The notes under the pieces are model-generated. The model worked only from the letters and a program-made list of their open reading frames with translations, ran no database searches and was not told where the DNA came from. From the NCBI GenBank assembly GCA_963716255.1, contig OY970303.1, forward strand, positions 4,320,001-4,384,000: 64,000 nt of DNA, written 5' to 3'. Source of the DNA: an uncultured Gemmatimonadales bacterium (lineage in GTDB: Bacteria; Gemmatimonadota; Gemmatimonadetes; Longimicrobiales; Longimicrobiaceae). Shown in pieces: positions 37,418 to 46,545 of the stretch (position 1 is its first letter; every line of letters starts with the position of its first letter). The position numbers were made by a program, and so were the translations under genes.

Positions 37418-37855
37418 TTACGGCGCGGCGAAGCGGGCCAGCACCCCGCGCTCGCCCAGCAGCTCAAGCCCCTGCGTCGTCAGGCGGAAGGAGCGCGTCG
37501 CCTCCAGCGCCGCCAGGTATTCGCGCTCCAGCTCCATCCCCTCGGCGCACGCCATGCGCGTGGAGGCGAGCGGCGAAAAGACCAGGCTTGAGTCGGCCAT
37601 CTCGTAGCCGCCGGAAAAGCTGTTGCACCCCGCGAAGCCGCTCGCGCGCTCCGCCTCCATGCGGAGCGTGGCGGGCCTGCCGCCGGCACCCATCGCGGCG
37701 GGGCGGCCGGCCAGCTCCACCAGCCGCCACTCCCGGCCCGTGGCCGACGCGGCCGGGGCCGACCCCGCCTCCGCCGCGCCCCCGGCCGCGGAGCAGGCGG
37801 CGAGGGCCAGGAAGGCGAGCGTCGCGAGGACGGGGACGACGATCTTCAGGCGCAT
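37418..37855 (-). CDS. META domain (HslJ-like) lipoprotein
   Basis: Lipobox LAAC; WRLVEL, SGFAGCN, STRMAC. Confidence 0.88.
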   Translation of the reverse strand: MRLKIVVPVLATLAFLALAACSAAGGAAEAGSAPAASATGREWRLVELAGRPAAMGAGGRPATLRMEAERASGFAGCNSFSGGYEMADSSLVFSPLASTRMACAEGMELEREYLAALEATRSFRLTTQGLELLGERGVLARFAAP

Positions 37856-37923
37856 GCGGGAGCTCCGGTCAGCGGGGAATCGGGGGCCGGGGCGCGGTGC
37901 CGCTCCGGCAGCGCCTTTCCCCG

Positions 37924-38556
37924 TCAAACTCCGGGCCGCTCCGCGGAGCGGGGAGCCGCGGCCGGCCTTCCCAGCCACACGTGCCCCCGGTCGAACAGGA
38001 GGAGCGCCTGCCCGTCGGAGGTCTGCTCCAGGCGGCTGGCGCGAAGGACCAGGCGCCCCAGCTCGCGCAGGTCGGCCGCGTCGTCCGGCAGCAGGACGTC
38101 CGTGTCCAGGCAGGGCTCCCACTCCAGCTCCGCCAGGTCGTACGCCGGGTCCGCGTACTGCGGCGGGGGGAGCGGCGGCGCGCCCGGCGCGGGAGCGAAC
38201 GTCCCCCGGTACCAGGCGATGCGGTCCCCCATCGCGGCCACCACCTGCGTCCGGTGGAAGCGTGGGTGGTGGAGCCACAGCCGCAGGTAGTACGGCTCGC
38301 CCGTGGCCCGCAGCGCGCGCTCCCAGGCGTGCAGGATGTCCAGGAACGCGGCCAGGACGCGGCGGCGGAACCACACCGGCGGGTCGCGCGGCACCAGCCG
38401 GCTCCACGGGTCCAGCCACAGCTTCACGTACTCCACCTCGCAGCGCCGCAGCGCGTCCACGTCCAGCGGCCGGTGCGCCAGGCGGAAGCGCTCCAGCTCG
38501 CGGAGGCGGCGCTTCCAGCCGCGCACCTTCTTGCGGTTCGAGAACGGGTTCGCCAT
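37924..38556 (-). CDS. Hypothetical protein
   Basis: ATG ORF 10 nt after the GH1 stop; Trp-rich, non-shadow composition. Confidence 0.65.
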   Translation of the reverse strand: MANPFSNRKKVRGWKRRLRELERFRLAHRPLDVDALRRCEVEYVKLWLDPWSRLVPRDPPVWFRRRVLAAFLDILHAWERALRATGEPYYLRLWLHHPRFHRTQVVAAMGDRIAWYRGTFAPAPGAPPLPPPQYADPAYDLAELEWEPCLDTDVLLPDDAADLRELGRLVLRASRLEQTSDGQALLLFDRGHVWLGRPAAAPRSAERPGV

Positions 38557-38566
38557 GTGGGAGCGG

Positions 38567-39916
38567 CTACCCCAGCGCGCCGCCGTTGCTGCGGATCACC
38601 TCGCCGAGGAAGCGGGCGCTGCGCTTGGGCGTGCGGCGCTGCGTCTCCAGGTCCACGTGCACGATGCCGAAGCGTTTGGAATAGCCCGCGCTCCACTCGA
38701 AGTTGTCCAGCAGCGACCAGGCGAAGTACCCCCGCACGTCCACCCCCCGCGCGATCGCCCGCCGCACCGCGCGCAGGTGCTCGCGGAAGTAGGCCACGCG
38801 CAGCGGGTCCTCCAGCGTGTCGCCCTCCGCCACGGGCGGGTCGTAGAACGCCGCGCCGTTCTCCGTCACGTACAGCGGCACGCCGCCGCAGCGGTCGCGC
38901 ACCCACACCAGCACGTCCTCCAGCGCCTGCGGGTACACCTCCCAGTCCATCTCCGTGTGCGCGTGGCGCGGCTGCCGCACCCGCGCCGCGCGCACCGGCG
39001 GCGCGCCGGGATCGTCGCGCACCACGCTGCGCGTATAGAAGTTGATCCCCAGCCAGTCCACCGGCTCGCGGATCAGCCCCCAGTCCTCCTCCGGGAAGTC
39101 CGGCCACGCGTCGCCGAACACCTCGCGCAGCTCCTCCGGGTAGCGCCCCAGGAACACCGGGTCCAGGTAGTGCCGGTTCATGTACGCCTCGGCGCGCGCC
39201 GTCGCCGCCCGGTCCGCCGGCGAGTCCGAGGCCGCGTACTTGGGCTCCAGGTTCACCACCAGCCCGATCCTGCCGCGCCCCTCCGCCCGGTACGCCCGCA
39301 CCGCCGCGCCGTGCGCGCGCAGCAGGTTGTGCGACACCCGCGGCGCCTCGTACAGGTTCCGGTGCCCGGGGGCGTGCCGGCCCGCCAGGTAGCCCTCGTG
39401 CATCGCCACCCACGGCTCGTTGAGCGTCGCCCACAGCGGCACCCGGTCGTCCAGCGCGCGGAAGGCCGTGGCCGCGTACTCCGCGAACCACTCCGCCGCG
39501 TCGCGGCTCACCCACCCGCCGCGGTCGTCCAGCGCCGCCGGGAGGTCCCAGTGGTACAGCGTCGCCATGGGCGTGATGCCCGCCTCCAGAAGCGCGTCCA
39601 CCAGGCGCGAGTAGAAGTCCAGCCCCGCCGGGTTGACGCGCCCCGTCCCCTCCGGGAGCACCCGGCTCCAGGAGATGCTGAAGCGGTACGCCTTCAGCCC
39701 CAGCTCCGCCATCAGGCGCACGTCGTCCGGCCAGCGGCGGTAGTGGTCGCACGCCACGTCGCCCGTCTCGCCGCCCTCCGTGTTGCCGGGAGTGTGGCTG
39801 AAGCGGTGCCAGTTGCTCACCCCGGCGCCGTCGGCCCGGGGCGAGCCCTCCACCTGGTACGCCGAGGTGGCGGCGCCCCACAGGAAGCCGTCGGGAAAGC
39901 GCGTGGGATCGGGCAT
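38567..39916 (-). CDS. GH1 beta-glucosidase
   Basis: FLWGAATSAYQVEG, TLNEP, YVTENG, WSLLDNFEW. Confidence 0.96.
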   Translation of the reverse strand: MPDPTRFPDGFLWGAATSAYQVEGSPRADGAGVSNWHRFSHTPGNTEGGETGDVACDHYRRWPDDVRLMAELGLKAYRFSISWSRVLPEGTGRVNPAGLDFYSRLVDALLEAGITPMATLYHWDLPAALDDRGGWVSRDAAEWFAEYAATAFRALDDRVPLWATLNEPWVAMHEGYLAGRHAPGHRNLYEAPRVSHNLLRAHGAAVRAYRAEGRGRIGLVVNLEPKYAASDSPADRAATARAEAYMNRHYLDPVFLGRYPEELREVFGDAWPDFPEEDWGLIREPVDWLGINFYTRSVVRDDPGAPPVRAARVRQPRHAHTEMDWEVYPQALEDVLVWVRDRCGGVPLYVTENGAAFYDPPVAEGDTLEDPLRVAYFREHLRAVRRAIARGVDVRGYFAWSLLDNFEWSAGYSKRFGIVHVDLETQRRTPKRSARFLGEVIRSNGGALG

Positions 39917-39934
39917 GGGAGGGGGGATGCGCGG

Positions 39935-41068
39935 CTACGCCGCTTCGCGAAGGGCGGGCGCCAGCGAGCGCTCCGTCCGCGGGTCGAAGAAGTGCAGCCG
40001 CCCCAGGTCGAAGGCCAGCGCCACCGGCTCGCCCGGCGCGGGGACCGGCTGCGGGAGGACGCGCGCCGTCGCCCGGTGCGGGCCCGCCGCGGCGTGCAGA
40101 AAGATCTCGTTGCCCAGCGGCTCCACGCCCTGCACGGTGAACCGCGCCTCCGCCAGCGCCGCCTCCGCGGGGCGCCCCCGCTGCGCGTACAGCGCCTCCG
40201 GGCGCACGCCCAGCACCACCTCGCCGCCCGCGAGCCCCGCCAGGCCGCGCGCCCACGCGTCCGGGAGCGGGAGCCGGAAGGCGTCGCCCGCCGCCCGGAA
40301 GTGCGGCCCGCCGTCGTGAGCCACCCTCCCCTCGAAGAAGTTCATCGCCGGGCTGCCGATGAAGCCCGCCACGAAGCGGTTCGCCGGGTGGTCGTACAGG
40401 TCCAGCGGCGTGTCGATCTGCTGGACGCGGCCGTCGTGCAGGACCACGATGCGGTCGCCCAGCGTCATGGCCTCCACCTGGTCGTGGGTGACGTACACCA
40501 TGGTGGCGCCCAGGCGGCGGTGCAGCGCCGAGATCTCGGCGCGCATCTGCACGCGCAGCTTGGCGTCCAGGTTGGAGAGCGGCTCGTCGAACAGGAACAC
40601 CTCCGGGTCGCGGACGATGGCGCGCCCCAGCGCCACCCGCTGCCGCTGCCCGCCCGAGAGCTGGCGCGGCTTGCGGTCCAGGATGGCCTCGATCCCCAGC
40701 GTGGCCGCGGCCTCGCGCACCCGGCGCTCCACCTCGTCCCGCGGAGTCTTCCGCAGCTGGAGGGCGAAGCCCAGGTTGTCGCGCACCGTCATGTGCGGGT
40801 ACAGCGCGTAGCTCTGGAACACCATGGCGATGTCGCGGTCGCGGGGGGCCACGTCGTTGACCCGCCGCTCGCCGATGAACAGGTCGCCCGCCGAGATGGA
40901 CTCCAGCCCCGCGATCATGCGCAGCAGCGTGCTCTTTCCCGACCCCGAGGGCCCCACCAGCACCACCAGCTCGCCGTCCTCCACGCCGAAGCTCGCCCCC
41001 TCCACCGCCACGTGCTCCGCGCCCTCCCGGTAGACCTTTCGAACCCCCTCCAGACGGATGCTCGCCAT
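39935..41068 (-). CDS. Sugar ABC transporter ATP-binding protein (MalK/UgpC type)
   Basis: [36 protein letters not shown]. Confidence 0.96.
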   Translation of the reverse strand: MASIRLEGVRKVYREGAEHVAVEGASFGVEDGELVVLVGPSGSGKSTLLRMIAGLESISAGDLFIGERRVNDVAPRDRDIAMVFQSYALYPHMTVRDNLGFALQLRKTPRDEVERRVREAAATLGIEAILDRKPRQLSGGQRQRVALGRAIVRDPEVFLFDEPLSNLDAKLRVQMRAEISALHRRLGATMVYVTHDQVEAMTLGDRIVVLHDGRVQQIDTPLDLYDHPANRFVAGFIGSPAMNFFEGRVAHDGGPHFRAAGDAFRLPLPDAWARGLAGLAGGEVVLGVRPEALYAQRGRPAEAALAEARFTVQGVEPLGNEIFLHAAAGPHRATARVLPQPVPAPGEPVALAFDLGRLHFFDPRTERSLAPALREAA

Positions 41069-41185
41069 GGGTTGTGTCCTCGGTTCACGGTGGCGGTGCG
41101 CGGTCCCGCCACAGTGTAGTCATCCATGCCGCGCGCGGCCAGTTCCGATGTCGTTCCGTGCTCGGTTGGAAGGGGATGAACGGCA

Positions 41186-41319
41186 GGGTTCGGGCGTGCC
41201 CCCGGCGGGCGCCGGGGTCGGGCTTCGGCTCCGTAGGGCTGCAAACAACGCAGCCCAACGGAGTCGAGCCCCGCGAACTGCCCGCGGGTCTCGCCCCTTC
41301 GGGCCGAAATCCCTCACGC
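41186..41319 (-). repeat. Family A structured repeat (A8)
   Basis: Variable stem GGGCTGC/GCAGCCC, same as A6. Confidence 0.95.
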
Positions 41320-41554
41320 AGGGATCGCGCTGGCGTCCGCCGGGGTCCCCCACCCCGGCGCTGCGCGCCACCCCTCCCCCGCAAGCGAGGGAGGGGACAA
41401 CCGCACAGCGTCCAGCCGTTGCCCCCTCTCCCGGAATAGGGTGGCGAGCCTCAAGCGAGCCGGGTGAGGGCTGCCGTTCTCCCCTTCCCCTTGCGGGGAG
41501 GGGCCGGGGGAGGGGGTCGCCGTCGCCGTTCCCCACAGTTCCCAAAAGCGGTTC

Positions 41555-41689
41555 GGGGGGAGACAGCCGGGCAGTTTCGGCTGGCTCACCCCGGCGGAGG
41601 GAGACAGGCCGGCAGTTTGGCCTGGCTCCCGGAGCCCGCGCAGGAGACGGACGGCAGTATCGTCCGGCTCCGGAGCGGCCCGCCCCTAC
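41555..41689 (-). repeat. Family B trimeric hairpin repeat (B2)
   Basis: GTAGGGGCGGGCCGCTCCG head followed by three GAGCC..GTCTCC hairpins. Confidence 0.88.
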
Positions 41690-41704
41690 GCAATCAATCC
41701 GGCC

Positions 41705-43063
41705 TCACCGCGTTCGGTACAGACGGTACGGCCGCGTCTGCTGGATCCACCGCTGCATCTCCTCGTCCCAGCGCCGCTGGATCACGCGCGGGTCCTCGCC
41801 GCGGTCGAACGCCTCGCGCGCCCAGGTGGAGCCGATCATCTGCGTGAAGCCCGTGTTCTGGATCCGGAACCGCTGCGGCGCCTGCTTCTTCGCCTCGCTC
41901 AGCAGCACCAGCGTGGTGTACACCGGGCGGAAGGCGGCGCGGTCCGTGACCTCCAGCCGCAGCGTGGTGAACGCCGTATCGCGGTACTGCGTGAACACCG
42001 CCGGGTCGCGCGTGGGGCGGATCTGCTGGGGGACGAAGCGCACGCCGGGCAGGTCGTACTTCGCGATCGCCTGCAGCAGCCTCGCCGCGTCCAGCCAGGG
42101 CGCGCCGAAGGTGGTGAACGGCTCGTCCGTGCCGCGCCCCGTGTGCACGTTGGTGGCCCCGTCGGCGAGCACCAGCCCGGAGTACAGGAGCTCCGCCGCC
42201 ACCGAGCGGATGTTGGGGCTGGGGCGCACGAAGGGCAGCCCCGTGCGGTCGAAGAACACGTCCGGCCGCCACCCCTCCGCCGGCACCACGTGCAGGTCCG
42301 CGCCCACCTTCGCGTCGGCGTTGTAGTAGCGCGCGATCTCGCCCGAGGTCATCCCGTGGCGCAGCGGCACCGTGTAGTAGCCGGTGATCACCTGCGTCAC
42401 GTTCCGCACGTCCAGGTGCATCACCGGCCCGTCCGCCGCGTCGGTGATGGGGTTGGGGCGGTCCAGCACCACGAAGGGGATCCGCCGCTTCGCCGCCTCC
42501 TCCATCGCCATCGCCATGGTCCACACGAAGGTGTACGGCCGCGCCCCGATGTCCTGGATGTCGTACACCAGCACGTCCACGTTCGCCAGCTCCTCCGCGG
42601 TGGGGCGCTGGGTGCGGTCGTACAGCGAGAACACCGGCACCCCCGTGCGGGAGTCGCGGCCGGCGGTCACGGTCTCGCCCGCCTCCAGCTCGCCGCGGAT
42701 CCCGTGCTCCGGCCCGAAGAGCGCCACCAGCCGCACCCCGGGGGTGCGCGCCAGCAGGTCGGCCGCCAGCTCGCCGGAGCGGGTGACGGCGCTCTGGTTG
42801 GTGATCAGCCCCACCCGCTTGCCGCGCACCAGGTGCATGGAGTCGCGCACCAGCACCTCCAGCCCCGGCACCACGCCCGCCTGGCGCGGCTCCGCCGCGG
42901 GCGGCGCGACGGCCTGCGCGCTGCCGGCCTGCGCCGCGGGGGTGCTGTCGGCCGGGGTGTCGCTGGGGGGCGCGGCGGTGCCGCAGGCGGGGGCGCCGGC
43001 AAGCAGCAGGGCGCCCGCGAGCAGGGCGATCCGGGGGAGCGGGGTCGGTTGGCGGTGCGTCAT
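41705..43063 (-). CDS. DUF1343 / NamZ-like exo-beta-N-acetylmuramidase
   Basis: RVGLITNQS, LFGPEHG, DIQDIGAR, VLDRPNP, RHGMTSGE, PSPNI, GRGT. Confidence 0.9.
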   Translation of the reverse strand: MTHRQPTPLPRIALLAGALLLAGAPACGTAAPPSDTPADSTPAAQAGSAQAVAPPAAEPRQAGVVPGLEVLVRDSMHLVRGKRVGLITNQSAVTRSGELAADLLARTPGVRLVALFGPEHGIRGELEAGETVTAGRDSRTGVPVFSLYDRTQRPTAEELANVDVLVYDIQDIGARPYTFVWTMAMAMEEAAKRRIPFVVLDRPNPITDAADGPVMHLDVRNVTQVITGYYTVPLRHGMTSGEIARYYNADAKVGADLHVVPAEGWRPDVFFDRTGLPFVRPSPNIRSVAAELLYSGLVLADGATNVHTGRGTDEPFTTFGAPWLDAARLLQAIAKYDLPGVRFVPQQIRPTRDPAVFTQYRDTAFTTLRLEVTDRAAFRPVYTTLVLLSEAKKQAPQRFRIQNTGFTQMIGSTWAREAFDRGEDPRVIQRRWDEEMQRWIQQTRPYRLYRTR

Positions 43064-43186
43064 CGGCGTCCGTATCTTGGGTGCGTTCCGTCGGGGCGCG
43101 GCCTGCGCGCCCGCGGCGTTCCCGCGAATCCCGGACCAGCCCGCCCGCCGGGCGCCGGGCGCGCCACCCCTGGAGGGAGAGGGAGC

Positions 43187-44437
43187 TTGAGCGAAACGTT
43201 CCGCCTGGCCCGGCAGGAGGAGATCCCCGAGCTGGCGCGCCTGGTGACGCACAGCTTCCCCGCGCCCGGCCGCACCGTGGAGTGGTGGGCCAACGCCCTG
43301 GTGGACGACCCGCGCGGGGCGCTGGAGGCGCTGTGGGTGGGCGAGTCCGGCGGGCGTCTGGCCGCCGCCTGCCAGATCCTGCGCTTCCGGCAGTGGATCG
43401 CGGGAACGCCCTTTCCCAGCATGGGTCTGGCCATGGTCTCCATCTCCCCCGTGCACCGCCGCAGGGGAATGGCGGGGCGGATGGTGCGCGAAGCCTTCCG
43501 GCACTCGCTGGAGCGCGGCGACCTGGCCTCCGCCCTGTACCCCTTCCGCGTCACCTTCTACGAGCGGCTGGGCTACGGGCTGGCGGGCGAGGTCTTCCAG
43601 TACCAGCTCCCCCCCGAGTCGCTCCCCGACGACCCCGAGGAGCGCGGGCGCGTCACCCAGGTGGCCGACGACGCCGACCGCGCCGCGCTCCGCTCCGTCT
43701 ACGACCGCTGGATCCGGGTCCAGACCGGGCAGATGGAGCGCGCCGAGCGGAGCTGGAACGCCACCTGGGACAGCCCGCTCCTGGCGCCGGTGGTGTACCG
43801 CGGGCCGGAGGGCGAGCCCGAGGGGTACGCCATCGTCCGCTACCGCCCCGACCTCCCCGTGGCCTCGCGCTTCGCCGAGGTGGAGGAGCGCGCCTGGCTC
43901 ACGGAGCGGGCGCAGCGCGGCATCTACGCCTGGCTCTCCTCGCTGGGCGACCAGCACCGCCAGCTCGTGTACCGCGCGCACCCCGAGGAGGACTTCGGCG
44001 AGCGCGTGCAGGAGCCCCGGCTCCCGCTGGGCGGCGCCCCCAACTGGGGGATCTGGTTCCCCTCCGCCTCGCTCCTGGTGGGGCCCATGTTCCGGCTGCT
44101 GGACGTCCCCGGCGCGCTGGCGCTGCGCTCCGCCCCGGAGGACGCCGCACTCACCGCCACGCTCGTGGTTCGCGACGAGGACCTGCCGGAGAACGACGGC
44201 CCCTGGCGCCTGCGCGTGGAGGGCGGGCGCATGCACGCCGAGCGCGCCCCCGGGGGCGCGGCGACCGGCCCCGTGCTCACGCTGCCGGTGCGAACGCTGT
44301 CGCGCATCTTCGTGGGCGCGGTGGCCCCGTCGCAGGCCGTCGCCACCGGGCACGCGGCGGTGGACGACGCGTCGGCACTCGAAATGCTTGACCGTGCCTT
44401 CCGGGTGCCGCGGCCCTGGACCTTCGAGCGGTTCTGA
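43187..44437 (+). CDS. Eis-like GNAT acetyltransferase with C-terminal SCP2 domain
   Basis: GGAG RBS plus TTG; PVHRRRGMA, SALYPF, FYERLGYG, RLLDVPGAL. Confidence 0.85.
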   Translation: MSETFRLARQEEIPELARLVTHSFPAPGRTVEWWANALVDDPRGALEALWVGESGGRLAAACQILRFRQWIAGTPFPSMGLAMVSISPVHRRRGMAGRMVREAFRHSLERGDLASALYPFRVTFYERLGYGLAGEVFQYQLPPESLPDDPEERGRVTQVADDADRAALRSVYDRWIRVQTGQMERAERSWNATWDSPLLAPVVYRGPEGEPEGYAIVRYRPDLPVASRFAEVEERAWLTERAQRGIYAWLSSLGDQHRQLVYRAHPEEDFGERVQEPRLPLGGAPNWGIWFPSASLLVGPMFRLLDVPGALALRSAPEDAALTATLVVRDEDLPENDGPWRLRVEGGRMHAERAPGGAATGPVLTLPVRTLSRIFVGAVAPSQAVATGHAAVDDASALEMLDRAFRVPRPWTFERF

Positions 44438-44480
44438 GCCGGCCCCGTCCACCACCAGCCACCGGGCGACCGGAACCTCG

Positions 44481-46169
44481 ATGACCCAAACGCACAGCAG
44501 GCTCCCGCTCTCCCGCGTCGCCGCGCCCGCGGCGGCGCTCCTGCTCCTGGGACTCGCCGCGTGCGGCGGCGGGGGAGGCGACGCCGGCTCCACCGGCGAC
44601 GCCGCCGCGTCCGACGTCAGGACCTTCGCCGGGGGGGCGCCCGGCGGCATGCTGATCGTCCTGTCCGACGGCGAGCCGGACGACCTCAACCCGCTCACCT
44701 TCGACAGCAACCCGTCCTACCAGATCGTCCACCTCGTCTTCCGCGCCCTGGCGCGGCGCGACAGCACGCTGAGCAGCTACGTCCCCGACCTGCTGGAGCG
44801 CTGGGAGCGGCCGGACAGCGCCACCGTGCTCCTGCACGTGCGCCCCGGACTCAAGTGGCACGACGGGCAGCCGGTCACCGCCGGGGACGTGGTCTTCACC
44901 ATCGAGCGGCAGAAGGACCCGAAGACCGCCTCGCCGCGGCAGCAGGACGTGATCGCCGTGCAGTCCGCCCGCGCCGTGGACTCCGTCACGGTGGAGGTCA
45001 AGCTCAACCGCACCGGCCCCTCCACGCTCAACGCGCTGCTGGAGGTGATCCCCGTCCCCAGGCACCTGCTGGACAGCATCCCCGCCGAGCGCATGCGCTT
45101 CGCCGGCTTCGGGCAGCGCCCCGTGGGGAACGGTCTGTTCCGCTTCGGCGCCTGGCAGAAGGGGCAGCAGGTGATGGTGCAGGCCAACCCCGACGCCCCC
45201 GAGGGACGCCCGGCGCTGGAGCGCGTCATCATGCGCCTGGTCCCCGACCCCACCGCGCGCACCACCGAGCTGCTCAACGGCAACGGCGACATGGCCAAGG
45301 TGGCCGCGCACCAGCGCCGCGAGGTGGAGGGCGCCCGGGGCGTCAGGCTGTACACCGCCGCGCAGGTGCGGCCCGCTTGGATCGCCTGGAACGTCAACAA
45401 GTTCCCGGTGGACGACCCCGCCGTGCGCCGCGCAATCCTCATGGGCATCGACCGCCCGGGGATCGTGCGCGGGCTCTTCGGCGAGCAGGGGCAGGCCGCG
45501 CTCACCCCCATCCCGCCCAAGCTGCGCGAGCACGGCGCCGGCGTGCGGCCCGTCCCCTACGATCCCGCCGGGGCCAGGCAGCTGCTGGCGCAGGCCGGCT
45601 GGACCGACGCCAACCGCGACGGCATCCTGGAAAAGAACGGGCGCCCGCTGCACGTGGACGTGGAGTACAGCGCCAGCGACCCCATCCGCGGCGACGTGCT
45701 GGTGGCCATGCAGGCGCAGCTCCGCCGCATCGGGGTGGACATGGCGCCGCGCTCGTACGAGCGCACCACCTGGGTGGAGCGGCTGCGCGGCCGCGAGTTC
45801 ACCGGCTCGTTCTGGGGGTGGGGGTGGGGTCCCGGCGTGATGGGCCCCAACGCCGAGCAGCTGTTCCATTCGCGCTCCATTCCGCCCAACGGGCCCAACT
45901 TCGCCGGCTACCGCAGCCCGCGGGTGGACGCGCTGATCGACTCCATCCTCGTGCAGAACGACACCGTCCGCGCGCGGGGGCTCTGGGCGCGGCTGGAGCA
46001 GCAGGTGACCGACGACGCCGTGTACGCGCCCATCTTCCTGGACCCGGAGTTCTACGCGGTCAACGACCGGTTCGCGAACGTCAAGTTCCGGGGGCCCGAG
46101 TGGTGGGAAGACGTGATCTTCTGGAACGTCCCGGCGGACAAGCGGCTGCCGCGCGACCGCACCCGCTGA
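44481..46169 (+). CDS. Peptide ABC transporter substrate-binding lipoprotein (family 5)
   Basis: Lipobox LAAC; LKWHDGQPVTAGDVVFT, PVGNG, VRRAI. Confidence 0.88.
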   Translation: MTQTHSRLPLSRVAAPAAALLLLGLAACGGGGGDAGSTGDAAASDVRTFAGGAPGGMLIVLSDGEPDDLNPLTFDSNPSYQIVHLVFRALARRDSTLSSYVPDLLERWERPDSATVLLHVRPGLKWHDGQPVTAGDVVFTIERQKDPKTASPRQQDVIAVQSARAVDSVTVEVKLNRTGPSTLNALLEVIPVPRHLLDSIPAERMRFAGFGQRPVGNGLFRFGAWQKGQQVMVQANPDAPEGRPALERVIMRLVPDPTARTTELLNGNGDMAKVAAHQRREVEGARGVRLYTAAQVRPAWIAWNVNKFPVDDPAVRRAILMGIDRPGIVRGLFGEQGQAALTPIPPKLREHGAGVRPVPYDPAGARQLLAQAGWTDANRDGILEKNGRPLHVDVEYSASDPIRGDVLVAMQAQLRRIGVDMAPRSYERTTWVERLRGREFTGSFWGWGWGPGVMGPNAEQLFHSRSIPPNGPNFAGYRSPRVDALIDSILVQNDTVRARGLWARLEQQVTDDAVYAPIFLDPEFYAVNDRFANVKFRGPEWWEDVIFWNVPADKRLPRDRTR

Positions 46170-46184
46170 GGTTTTTCTGATGAT

Positions 46185-46320
46185 GTAGTGGTGGGCCGCT
46201 ACGGAGCCCGGCCAAACTGCCGGCCGGTCTCCTGCGCGGGCTCCGGGAACCCCGCCAAACAGCCGGCGGGTTTCCCTCCGCCGGGGTGAGCCTCGCCAAA
46301 CCGCCGGCGAGTCTCCCCCC
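46185..46320 (+). repeat. Family B trimeric hairpin repeat (B3)
   Basis: GTAGTGGTGGGCCGCTACG head followed by three hairpins with AAAC(T/A/C)GCC loops. Confidence 0.85.
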
Positions 46321-46545
46321 GAACATCTCCTGGGGGATACGACGGAACTGCTGACGGCAAACGGCGGAACGGCGCGTAGGCTGCCGTTCCGCCGTTTGCC
46401 GTTCTCCCCTCCCTCGCTTGCGGGGGAGGGGTCGGGGGTGGGGGGTGCCCCGCGGTGACACGCCGCCGCCGGCCTCCGCCTCGGAGATTCCCCTCTCCCG
46501 GAACGGGGGAGGGTGGCGAGCCTCAAGCGAGCCGGGTGGGGGCCG

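Noticed and set aside
46170..46330. CTGATGA next to repeat B3 as a hammerhead ribozyme core
   Set aside because: No matching GAAA or stem architecture was found, and the motif is absent from the other family B copies
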